The notes: generated by a model not told the origin, from the letters alone. DNA of 64,000 nucleotides from an uncultured delta proteobacterium (GCA_963827685.1 CAWHBU010000003.1:992001-1056000); one strand, 5' to 3'. Numbered from the stretch's first letter, positions 20,892 to 30,250 are shown. Translations and numbers: made by a program.

Positions 20892-21030
20892 ATTATTTCA
20901 TTTGAAGAGGTCTACAAAAAGCCCTCGCCAAGTTGCTTGTTGAAAAAGGATAATCACCAAGGAGGAGTTTTTCGAGATGGCGAAGGTGGTGGATCGGGAG
21001 ATGAAGAGAGAAAGAGTAAAAGGAGGATAG
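20892..21030 (+). repeat. Junction repeat copy 2
   Basis: Translates (with a frameshift) as ISFEE..KALAKLLVEKG/ITKEEFFEMAKVVDREMKR. Confidence 0.7.
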
Positions 21031-21066
21031 CACCTAATTAAAATGGTAAACCTAAAAGTAGAAGTC

Positions 21067-21651
21067 ATGAAGAAAGCTAAGATTTTAGCTATTTTATTCA
21101 CCATCTTTTTGATAGGTTGTTTTGCTTCCACTCGGCCTTCTAAATCTCGCCCATACCCAAATGGCTTCAGGGATATCAAGTGGGGAACCAAGATTTCTAC
21201 GTTGAAAGACATGGAGGAAGTTGAACAAGACAAAGCCTCTGGTAGGGACTTGGTCTGGTATACAAGAAAAGGGGATACCTTAGCGATAGGTGAGGCAAAA
21301 CTTGAAAACATACTCTATTCATTTTGGATGGGAAATTTCGAGGGTGTATAGATCGATTTTAAAGGTGAGGGAAATTTTGAGGCTCTTAAAAAAGAGTTAT
21401 TTGAACAATTCGGAAAAGCCCTTGAGTCTGAGGAAGTTATGAAAAAGATGGATAGAGGGGAGCCATCGACGATAGAACATGCGGAAGAATTTTATGCCTG
21501 GTGGGGCAAATATACAGAGATGTCGTTGTCGTATTCCAAGGATCGACATAAGGGAACCCTCTATATTAATTTCAGGATAATTAGCGAGGAGAGAAGAGCC
21601 TATGAAAAACAGAAGGAAAAAGAAAAAAGGTTAAAAGAAAGGGGATTCTGA
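21067..21651 (+). pseudogene. Lipoprotein gene with an in-frame TAG at 21349-21351
   Basis: LIGC lipobox, NGFRDIKWG; the frame continues (FEGV*IDFKGEGNF...) into ORF 21439-21651. Confidence 0.75.
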
Positions 21652-21957
21652 TATATCGAAGTAACAACTTGGCTTTGACTTAGGGTTTACCCTTTGTTTC
21701 AATCAGAAATCAACAAATCTTCAAAGCGCCAAACTTTCCGCTTTGTAGGTGAAATATTCCAATCAAGATTTCTTCTGCCTCTCTCTGTCAAATAATATAT
21801 TGATCAGGACAGGAGTGAAAGATTTGTCAAAGTGAAAAATCTGAAAAATCTGTCTTTCGAGGTTCTCCCTAAAGCGTTTCACGGTCTAAAGTTTACATTT
21901 TGATTTTACGAAGGTGTTTTGCTAAGTCTATTCTGCATAGCCACCTGTGACGACAAC

Positions 21958-22030
21958 AAAAAAAGAGTGAGCAGGCTTACCTCTTATAATCCCCCAGATG
22001 AACCAAGAGGATCATAAAGGGTGCTCACTG
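21958..22030 (-). terminator. Long hairpin plus U-tract downstream of the sigma-like gene
   Basis: AGTGAGCA...TGCTCACT outer stem, CCTCTT/AAGAGG inner stem, T-run on the minus strand. Confidence 0.4.
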
Positions 22031-22146
22031 AATTTAAACCATTTCTTTACAAGGTTAGATTCAATTGTGGAAAAGGAATTTAGATGGGACTTTCTTTAGA
22101 TGATAGGATGTTTTTAGAAGGGTTCACCTTGGATGATGGTCAGTCA

Positions 22147-22638
22147 CTAAAGAATCAACTCCTTTCTGGAATTGTGAATTCTTGCAGCCATCACCTCATC
22201 TTCAATATCTCCGAACACACGAAACCTCATTTGACGCTTCCACGTTTTTAAAAAAGCTAACATTGAGTTATGTGCGACCCAGAAGTAACCGTATCCGATG
22301 CCATATTTGTCGTTGGCGTTCTCCTTGACCTTCCCTGATAATTCATACATTCTCGTGACCGCTTCCTGAATCAAGTCCTCCTTGATACTTTGTGCAATAG
22401 GGCTGCATCTGAAGTTTTTCCAGTACACTCTCTTGGCAGTGGAGTAAGATGTTGCAGAATCGAAATTTTCTGGATCGATGATAATCTGTTTCTTAGAATA
22501 GTTTTTTACAAAGAATCCTTGCTTCAAAACTTCTCTCGCTCTTTTTGATGACAAACCGTATTTCTCCTTGATCTCTTTGGGTGTCATCTGTGGTGGAATG
22601 AAGATTTTTTCTCTGCGGATTTCTGGGACGGAGTTCAT
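22147..22638 (-). CDS. Hypothetical protein with HTH-like and sigma70 region-2-like segments
   Basis: TPKEIKEKYGLS; KEDLIQEAVTRMYE...YFWVAHNSMLAFLK; AGGAGG RBS. Confidence 0.65.
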   Translation of the reverse strand: MNSVPEIRREKIFIPPQMTPKEIKEKYGLSSKRAREVLKQGFFVKNYSKKQIIIDPENFDSATSYSTAKRVYWKNFRCSPIAQSIKEDLIQEAVTRMYELSGKVKENANDKYGIGYGYFWVAHNSMLAFLKTWKRQMRFRVFGDIEDEVMAARIHNSRKELIL

Positions 22639-22807
22639 ATTCAGCCTCCTTTCGTTTTGGAATGGCAATTCTTTTAGTGAAAAAGGACTTTTGGGAAATC
22701 CGGTGGGGAATGATTTTTGATCTTTTGACAGGTAGGTTTTTGGGTAGGCTTAAAGGTTAGGGACGGTTTGGAATGAAGTGATGAATCGTGGGTCGCTCTC
22801 GAAGGAT

Positions 22808-22928
22808 CACAGTAGAAAATTCTCACAGTAGAATTTTAGTCCGGGGACAGAGTGGAATTTGATACTGTCAACCGGTGCCTCTATTTCTCCTTATTACTGT
22901 GAAAGCTACTGTCTGAAATACTGTGAGA
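22808..22928. repeat. Cluster of ACAGTA/TACTGT motifs (iteron- or operator-like)
   Basis: Two CACAGTAGAA direct copies followed by four TACTGT inverted copies; TCTCACAGTA/TACTGTGAGA is a perfect 10-bp inverted repeat. Confidence 0.55.
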
Positions 22929-23040
22929 GTTGAGAATGAGTAATCAAGCGAATAAGACCTTTGGAATTAATATATGTAGAGTTGTGGGTGTCTTGACTGA
23001 AGAACTGGAGACTAAACTGGAGTGAATGGAATTCCTTACT

Positions 23041-24075
23041 TCAAAAATTGGAGATTTCTATTATACCGTCCAATACGCCTTTAACATCATTATCTATATA
23101 ATCAAATTCTCTCATGTCTAATAAGTTAAAATAACAATATCGGTCAAATTCTTTATTTTGCCTCTTATAATAACAATACCTATAACCATTGGTCGTAACT
23201 ATTCGCTTACAGTTTGGAAAATCTGAAGCATAATGATCAAGTTGTTTTTGAGCAAACAATAAGCCATCATCAAATGTTTTTGTTTCAATAAGCATCAATG
23301 GCTCATCTTTAGTTCCTTTTTTATATGGTTGCTCAAATAAAGCAATATCTACTTTATAATACTCAATCTTAATTTTTTGTTCTGACCAACCTAGAGATAA
23401 TAAGAATGGTATTACCATAAATGTACGTAATTCATGTTCAAGAACTGTGGGATCATTTTTAGTATACCACTTTACTAATACTATAATACGCCCGATAGTT
23501 TCTGTTATGTTGAAAGCGTCCGATATTCTGATTCCTGACTCTATCAGATGATTTTTTATGTCATCTTCATTTACTTGGTTGGGATACTTCAATTCGCCTA
23601 GCTTTCTTTTTGAATGAACCCTTTTTAAATTGTGATTATTTATTATATCTTTTATTTTTTCATAGTTTTTTTCCACGGAGGACATTGTGCTATACCCTAT
23701 TAAAGCAGATGGCAAAACTATGTCAGTCTCATCTTCTTTAACATACCATTCGGCCGTAACAAAGTGATTTAAATCCCAGCCATGTATATCGGATAGGTTT
23801 AATGAGAAATCATAATCTTTAACTACAACCCCAACTGCTTTAATTAATGTTTGTCCCCTCCGTAACAAAACAATATCACCCTCTTTGATTTCCATTAAGT
23901 ATTTTCCCCAGTCTTTTAATCCAGTTTTTTTATAATATTTCTCCGTTTCAGGATTTCTAGAATCACCTGGGCCTCCTGGTCCAACAATTGCGATCCCAAA
24001 GTCCAAACAGAGTTTGCTATAATCTCTTGTTGCGTCGCCAGTTCCTATTTGCCATATGTGTTGGTTTTCTATCAT
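23041..24075 (-). CDS. Putative restriction-type nuclease (PUA/EVE-like N-domain plus HsdR_N-like PD-(D/E)xK domain)
   Basis: IKEGDIVLLRRG...AVGVV; PFLLSLGW, KVDIALF...LIETK, QLDHYA, TTNG; low GC. Confidence 0.7.
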   Translation of the reverse strand: MIENQHIWQIGTGDATRDYSKLCLDFGIAIVGPGGPGDSRNPETEKYYKKTGLKDWGKYLMEIKEGDIVLLRRGQTLIKAVGVVVKDYDFSLNLSDIHGWDLNHFVTAEWYVKEDETDIVLPSALIGYSTMSSVEKNYEKIKDIINNHNLKRVHSKRKLGELKYPNQVNEDDIKNHLIESGIRISDAFNITETIGRIIVLVKWYTKNDPTVLEHELRTFMVIPFLLSLGWSEQKIKIEYYKVDIALFEQPYKKGTKDEPLMLIETKTFDDGLLFAQKQLDHYASDFPNCKRIVTTNGYRYCYYKRQNKEFDRYCYFNLLDMREFDYIDNDVKGVLDGIIEISNF

Positions 24076-24137
24076 ATATACCCTCCGTTCAGTCACCTAT
24101 ACGTCTTTAAGAATACGCCTATCTAGAAAACATTGCA

Positions 24138-25152
24138 ACTTGGATGAGGCGATTGGGTTAGAGTCAGGGGAGAGTGTTACGTTAGGGGTGAGGGAGAGGA
24201 GTTTATGGGCAGCGGTGGAGGTCAGTTATGAGAAGGCGCATGAGTTTTTAGAGAAGTTTACGGGGTTAGAGGTTAGTCGGAAGAAGATTCACGGGATGGC
24301 GTTAGAGGAAGGGGATAGGATTGGCCGATGGGAGGAGCAGAGGCGCCGGGAGGTGTTTGAGGAGGGGCGAGGGGTGGAGGGCGGAGGGTCGGAGAGAGTC
24401 CCGGAGGTGCTTTATGTTCAGGTGGATGGGACAGCGGTCAATGGGCGGGGGGCTGGGGAGTGGATGGAATGCAAGGTAGGAGCAAGTTTTAGTGAACGGA
24501 TGAAGGTGTCGAAGGATCGGTTTTGGCTGAGGGACAAGAAGAGCTATGCATCGATTGAAGGGATTGAGGCGTTTGGAGAAAAGTTTTTCCTAGAATGTGT
24601 GAGGCAGGGGGTTCTGAAGGCCAAGGAGGTTATTTTTATTGGGGATGGGGCCAATTGGATCCGGACGTTGAAGGAGGGTTACTTTCCGGAGGCGATCGGG
24701 GTCTTAGATATCTGGCATTTAGAGAAGGAGCTGAGGTGGGCTCTAGGAGAGGAGAACCAGAGGGTCATTGAAGAGCTCAAAGGATTCGCTTTCGAAGGGA
24801 AGGGTTCAGAGATTATTCAGCGGCTTATGGGAGAGGGAGCGAGGGTTGGGGAGATTGAGCGGAGGAAGAAGATCTTGGAAGCGATGACTTATGTGAGGAA
24901 TAACTTGGATTGGATTGGAAACATACCGAAGGTCAAGGGCTATGGGTCAGGGCCTGTGGAGAAGACCGTGGATATCACGGTCGCCCGGAGGTTTAAGAAA
25001 CGAGGGATGAATTGGCATCGGGGTGGCGCTAACCCTCTTCTGAAATTGAGACTCTTGAAGCTTAACGGGGAATGGGGGACTTATTGGGCGCAACGACAAA
25101 GAGAGGTAGCACGATACGCCGCATGATCTCATCACAGGAAAAGAGATGCTTA
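24138..25152 (+). mobile_element. 5'-truncated ISLre2-like (UPF0236) transposase and right end
   Basis: VQVDG, IGDGANWI, LDIWHL, GSGPVEK, RRFKKRGMNW; stop at 25126; G-rich strand; the N-terminus of ORF 24056 overlaps the neighbouring gene and is spurious. Confidence 0.8.
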
Positions 25153-26030
25153 CATTCCTGAATGATTACTCGGAAATTGTTTTGTTTAGAGATAAACTGA
25201 TTTCATTGATTCTTCCCTATGTGCGTGAAGCATACGAAGAATTAATTAGGCAAACTCCACACATTGAACAAGAAATTAACAAGGTAGGTGGACTGAGCCA
25301 GGTTGTTCAGCACGATACGGAGGTATTTGTCAATGCGCAATACGAAGCAACTGGGGATGAAATCTACATCCTTTCATTCTGTGGACAGCATAAGAACCCT
25401 CAGATCAACAGGAATGGGCTATTGAGTCAGTGGCGTGGTTATGGAGCTGGAGGTGGTTTCGCTTTAGTATTTAATACTCAAAAATTGGAAGAAATGATGG
25501 AAATAGAAGCAAAGAAATACGAATACAGTGCAATGCATCTTTGTGATCTTGTGTATAGCGACGATGAAAATAAGTTAAAGGAGGAGCTATCTGAAGATCT
25601 TTCCATTATTGCCGGAGATGTAAAAACACTTTTTAATCGCGTAAAGTTAAGCGAGAAAGAAAAGGCAGATGCTCTGAAAGGCTATTTCTCTTTTGTTCGT
25701 TGTATCAGCCGGTATAAGCATTATGGTTTTAGGGAAGAGAATGAGGTTAGAATGGTTGTTTTGCCCACCGTCCTAGAGGAGGAGTTATTGAAATTAGCTA
25801 GTACGCATGGTGCTATACCGAAACCTGAGAAAGAGAGAAAATTTCGCGACAAAAATGGCCAGCCCATACCTTATATCGAACTCTTCAACTCAATTGATAT
25901 TGAACTTCCGATAGAAAGAATTATCGTTGGCCCTCACAAAGAAAAGGAAGCCCGCGCAGCTGCATTACGTGTGATATTGAGGAACACAAAAATTGAAATA
26001 ATATGTTCTGATATTCCTTTTGTTGGCTAG
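25146..26030 (+). CDS. DUF2971 domain protein, probably N-truncated by the IS
   Basis: Starts directly at FLNDYSE; LSQWRGYG, KHYGFREENEVR, PYIEL, IIVGP. Confidence 0.75.
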   Translation: MLTFLNDYSEIVLFRDKLISLILPYVREAYEELIRQTPHIEQEINKVGGLSQVVQHDTEVFVNAQYEATGDEIYILSFCGQHKNPQINRNGLLSQWRGYGAGGGFALVFNTQKLEEMMEIEAKKYEYSAMHLCDLVYSDDENKLKEELSEDLSIIAGDVKTLFNRVKLSEKEKADALKGYFSFVRCISRYKHYGFREENEVRMVVLPTVLEEELLKLASTHGAIPKPEKERKFRDKNGQPIPYIELFNSIDIELPIERIIVGPHKEKEARAAALRVILRNTKIEIICSDIPFVG

Positions 26031-26058
26031 CCAAGATTTATGGCAAAAAATATTGAAT

Positions 26059-26146
26059 ACTTAACCAATCACTTGAGCGGACTGGAAGAAGTACGGTGAC
26101 CTTACGGCAAAATTTGGTGACCGGTTGCTGAGTTCAAATGTTAGCA
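26059..26146 (+). other. attC-like integron recombination site
   Basis: ACTTAAC (R'')-CAATCACTTGAGCGGAC...GTTGCTGAGTTCAAAT-GTTAGCA (R'), 88 bp, between two same-strand genes. Confidence 0.6.
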
Positions 26147-26163
26147 TTAAGGAAACCATCAAG

Positions 26164-26207
26164 GCAGAACGTGCAACTGAACCAGCTTCTGAGCTTAAAT
26201 GTTATCC
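26164..26207 (+). other. Second, internally deleted attC-like site
   Basis: GCAGAAC...CTGAGCTTAAAT-GTTATCC; the 3' half resembles that of 26059-26146. Confidence 0.4.
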
Positions 26208-26334
26208 ACCATGAATCGATGAACTACTTTGAATGGCTGGCACACCATGATTGGTTGGAAAACATCGCAGGCTTCTGGCATTTTGTCGCAGTTTCATTGT
26301 ACGGAAAATACTCTCACTTCCTAAAGGAAAGACC

Positions 26335-27390
26335 ATGATAGGCATCCTCACCATCCTTCTTGTGTCCGGTCTTGCGGCTAAGCTCTTGGACAGCTGGCTG
26401 AGGAAGAGTGAAAAGGATAAGCTAACAGATAAGCTTACTGGTATATGGCTAAAGATTGACAACTCCAGCCTTGTTTCCGTTTCTCTGGCTCCCGTGCGCG
26501 TATTTTCACTCATTCTGGACACACTCCTAGGCGATAAAATATTTACTGGCAAAGCCCTTCGGAGGACAGCGATATTGTCAACATGTCTCATGGTTGTTTC
26601 CTTATCAATTGGTGGCATTAGTGTAAAAACACCCTTTGCACTTAAAACACCGCCATGGATATCTTTTGATGACCAAATGAAGGCTTTTGCAGATTATCCC
26701 AAAGTTTTTGATCAAACGATTCAGAACCAAAAAAATTTGAGTCCACAGATGTTGGAGTTATTCACCAAGCACAAAAACTTTCTTGTTGCAATAACCAAGT
26801 ACAACACCACAAGTAACAAAATCGTTTACTCAGTTTCGACAATAATTCTAATACTGCTGGTAAGCATTGTGATTTACATTGTTTCATTTGCCATCTCAAG
26901 GATGATGGTTCGTGAAGCTACGGAGGCAAACACTCCTTTATTAATGATGTCTATATTCTTTCTTAACCTATGCATAGGAATTATAGCTGAAGGGATTTCA
27001 TTCTTATTAATATGCTCAGCCACTTACTCGCTGATGGTGCTATCCTTTGGTTATGTCTTCGTCTTCGTCCCTTTACTCCCTATTCGGTTCCCCAGCATAA
27101 TTTTATTAACAATCTCATTAGCCCCATTGGCAGCCCTGACTACTCTAATCTGGTTTCTGAGCCCTCCTTGGATTAAAATATTGGCGGCCGTCGCCATTCT
27201 CCCTATGATCTGTCTTATTCTTGTGCTTTTCATCAGCTCTCTCTTGTTCCCTTTTCGCAAGCAGATTAGATACCTACTGAGCCAGGGATTATTGAGGGCT
27301 CTGGAACATGAAAAGGGAATCTTCGTTCTTATCTCTGTTACCTTTAGTTGTATCGGAGGAATTGCAGTGGCAATAGCTAAATTGTTCTAG
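26335..27390 (+). CDS. Multi-pass membrane hypothetical protein (cassette-like)
   Basis: About 8 hydrophobic segments; AAGGA RBS; lies downstream of the attC-like sites. Confidence 0.75.
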   Translation: MIGILTILLVSGLAAKLLDSWLRKSEKDKLTDKLTGIWLKIDNSSLVSVSLAPVRVFSLILDTLLGDKIFTGKALRRTAILSTCLMVVSLSIGGISVKTPFALKTPPWISFDDQMKAFADYPKVFDQTIQNQKNLSPQMLELFTKHKNFLVAITKYNTTSNKIVYSVSTIILILLVSIVIYIVSFAISRMMVREATEANTPLLMMSIFFLNLCIGIIAEGISFLLICSATYSLMVLSFGYVFVFVPLLPIRFPSIILLTISLAPLAALTTLIWFLSPPWIKILAAVAILPMICLILVLFISSLLFPFRKQIRYLLSQGLLRALEHEKGIFVLISVTFSCIGGIAVAIAKLF

Positions 27391-27558
27391 TCTGTTGATG
27401 TGGTCATGTCTTCGAGATCAGGGGACGCGTCCGGGAATGGGGGGCGGGTATTGATATATTGACATTTGAATGCAGGGGGACTTTCATAAACAAATAAATT
27501 ACCGGCCAGTCAAAGGCTAAACTGGCACTATATCAAGGTCAGGCTATCCAAATTAAGG

Positions 27559-27672
27559 TCATTTCTCTGCCCAACTGTCCGCAATAACCACCTCAGCCTC
27601 TACTGGGACGACCTTCAGAAAACTCCTTCCGGCATCCTCCATCGTTTCCTTCAGAATAAGAGCCACCGTCTT
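27559..27672 (-). pseudogene. C-terminal remnant of a family A DNA polymerase
   Basis: VALILKETMEDAG/(frameshift)/EFLKVVPVEAEVVIADSWAEK*. Confidence 0.65.
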
Positions 27673-27859
27673 ATAAAAGGGTGTTTAATGGTGTTAAGGT
27701 GCGTTTATCCCCTCTCTAAACAGCTGTCTCAAATATAACCGGTTAATCCTGTTCATTTAATGATGGATAATCCTTGAGGTGTTAAGGTGTTCAAGCACAA
27801 ACGAAGCCTGATAGGATTTCTTGGTTATCCGTTTGCGTTGTGTTATGCGATGTTGATTT

Positions 27860-28681
27860 TCATGGACGCTCCCTAAATTTCTCTTTTACAAGTTTGATGA
27901 ATTCTGATTTCTGACTGCCTATTGTTATACCACTAAAATGAAATTTGCCAGAGCCAATAAGCCAGAATATCTTATCTACGATTACGGGGTCCTGTTTAAC
28001 AATACGTCCTATCTTTACAATTTTTTTGAAAATTTCATAATCAGAATCGGATTCAACGAATCTCAATTCCTTAAAAATAGTTTTCAGCTGAACATCAGAT
28101 TTGCCATATTGATAATATCCTAACTCTTTTAGGAAATCGCATGCCAAAGGAAAGCCAAAGCCAAAAATCTCTTTTTCCAATAGCATGGGCAGGGCAGCAA
28201 TGGTAAATTCATTAAGAAAGAATGATTTGACAAATTCATCAAACTTTTCAACGGACTGAAAATTCGATAAAAAATTTGCACAGGATAGAACCCCTCTACA
28301 ATACATTACCCATGCATTTCTCTTATTATTAATATCCATCCTATAATTCTTGTCAAATTTCTTCTTGAATTCATTGAATAAACTTTCCCACTTATTCTCG
28401 AATTTGTTTACTACTTTTTGGGGATCAAAATCTTGAAGAATAGACCTCATCTGATCTACGTCAGCGATGAAATTTCCATATCCTTGCTTGTTTTTTAGAG
28501 ATTGAACCATTTGTTTAAAAACGTCTCGAACCGTTTTAGGATTGCAATTATGATAGTAATCCAAATGCTTCCTGAGAACATCTTCTCCCACTTTGTTTCT
28601 CAAAAACTCGTAAGCTTCCTCATATATAAATTTTAGTCTTGAATTTTCATCCACTTTCTTGTCCTCCCTGTCGGTTACCAT
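27860..28681 (-). CDS. HhH DNA-glycosylase-like hypothetical protein
   Basis: IFGFGFPLACDFLKELG...KSDVQL...VDKIFWLIGSG; low GC. Confidence 0.6.
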   Translation of the reverse strand: MVTDREDKKVDENSRLKFIYEEAYEFLRNKVGEDVLRKHLDYYHNCNPKTVRDVFKQMVQSLKNKQGYGNFIADVDQMRSILQDFDPQKVVNKFENKWESLFNEFKKKFDKNYRMDINNKRNAWVMYCRGVLSCANFLSNFQSVEKFDEFVKSFFLNEFTIAALPMLLEKEIFGFGFPLACDFLKELGYYQYGKSDVQLKTIFKELRFVESDSDYEIFKKIVKIGRIVKQDPVIVDKIFWLIGSGKFHFSGITIGSQKSEFIKLVKEKFRERP

Positions 28682-29034
28682 TTGACGTATACATTTTTTG
28701 GGGAGAAATTGTCAAGGTCTCACTCTGACACTCTCTCCTCAACCCCATCCATCCTACCCCAGGCATCGAGTCGAGCATCTCCGGTCCTTTAACTCCTTGG
28801 CCTTCTATCTGTGAGGGAGACGGTCTGGGTTTTCATTGAAATATAGAGCGTGGTATTTATCCAGAATCGACGATTTCCTGTAAAAATATCGGAATGATTT
28901 GCATGGTTTCAAAACCGGAAAAAGAGGGCTCTGGAATTATCTCATTACGTTTTTATGTTTAGCTATCAAGGAGTTTTACGCTGTTGGAAAGGGACAGGCG
29001 GGGTCGTTGGTTTCTACTTCCTGTTTATCAGTCG

Positions 29035-29063
29035 TTGACAGGTGCTAGCGAAAAGGGTAGATT
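29035..29063 (+). promoter_or_regulatory. Sigma70 promoter candidate
   Basis: TTGACA-17 nt-TAGATT upstream of the GNAT gene. Confidence 0.45.
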
Positions 29064-29118
29064 TCAAATGATAATTTACAAAGACGGATAAATCAGTCTT
29101 TTTATTACTTGGAGATCA

Positions 29119-29622
29119 ATGGAAGAAACAGTTCGATACCGATTCATGGAACCGAGTGAAGAAACTGGGGTCTGTAATCTTGTAATTTGCGTTTTCAAGG
29201 AGTTCATCGCCCATCAGTACTCTCAAGAAGGGGTTCGTGAATTTCTGAAGTATGTTCAACCGGAATTGCTCTTGCGTCGTTCCCAAAAGAATCATTTTGT
29301 TTTACTTGCAACAATACAGGACAAGATAGTGGGAATGATCGAGATAAGAAATAATAGGCATGTATCTTTGCTCTTTGTGGACAAACGATTTCAACAAAGA
29401 GGCATTGGAAGAGAATTGCTGCGGAGATCGTTGAAAATATGTAAGCTGGAAATTTCTTTGAAGCGTAGTTCGGAATTGCAGGGGGTCAGTGTCAATTCAT
29501 CTCCCAATTCTATTCAAATATATGAGAGGATAGGGTTTCGCCAAAAAGGTTCCGAACAGGTGAAAAACGGGATTCGTTTTACTCAAATGGTTCTTGAGTT
29601 ACCAAAAGAGCAGGGACACTGA
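29119..29622 (+). CDS. GNAT N-acetyltransferase
   Basis: HVSLLFVDKRFQQRGIGRELL, VNSSPNS, YERIGF. Confidence 0.9.
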   Translation: MEETVRYRFMEPSEETGVCNLVICVFKEFIAHQYSQEGVREFLKYVQPELLLRRSQKNHFVLLATIQDKIVGMIEIRNNRHVSLLFVDKRFQQRGIGRELLRRSLKICKLEISLKRSSELQGVSVNSSPNSIQIYERIGFRQKGSEQVKNGIRFTQMVLELPKEQGH

Positions 29623-29812
29623 GGAGTTATAATCGTGTTCTCTACGTTACTGTAGGGCTTCGTGTCGTTATGCTCTCTTTCAATCGAAATTCAACAACCC
29701 TTAATGTAGGCTAATCCTCACTCTTTCAGTGTGAAATACCGACATCCACTGTTGCCATGCAACTGCCAAATTGCTATAAATAATTTTAGAAAGTCCTGAG
29801 GAGGGTGGGAGT

Positions 29813-30250
29813 ATGTATAAAAAGATTTTGGTTCCGTTAGACGGTTCGGAACTGGCAAAAAAGGCCTTAGATCATGCAGAAGAATTGGCCAAGACCTTTG
29901 ATGCTGAAATCATTCTATTCCAAGTCGTCCCCCTTATGCCCATCTATGGAGCCCCGGAGTTGGTGACGCCTTTTATCGTTGATGAGAAGCAAAAGGAAGT
30001 GGCCGAGAGGTATCTTACCAACCTTGCCGAGGAAATGAAAACACGAGGCCATAAGGTGACGGCAATGGTGAGGACAGGTCAACAGGTGGCCGCACAGATC
30101 ATCGACTTCGCAAAGGAAAGCGGAGTAGATTTGATTGTGATGTGCACCCACGGTCGTTCGGGAGTTACCCGGTGGGTTTTGGGGAGTGTTGCACACAAAG
30201 TCTTAACCCGGGCCGAAACACCCATCCTTCTCATCCATTTGAAGAGATAA
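29813..30250 (+). CDS. Universal stress protein
   Basis: KKILVPLDGS, DLIVMCTHGRSG, GSVAHKV. Confidence 0.95.
   Translation: MYKKILVPLDGSELAKKALDHAEELAKTFDAEIILFQVVPLMPIYGAPELVTPFIVDEKQKEVAERYLTNLAEEMKTRGHKVTAMVRTGQQVAAQIIDFAKESGVDLIVMCTHGRSGVTRWVLGSVAHKVLTRAETPILLIHLKR

Noticed and set aside
24056-24137. N-terminus of the 356-aa transposase ORF
   Set aside because: It is AT-rich, overlaps the start of the divergent nuclease gene and is not transposase-like; the IS is 5'-truncated.
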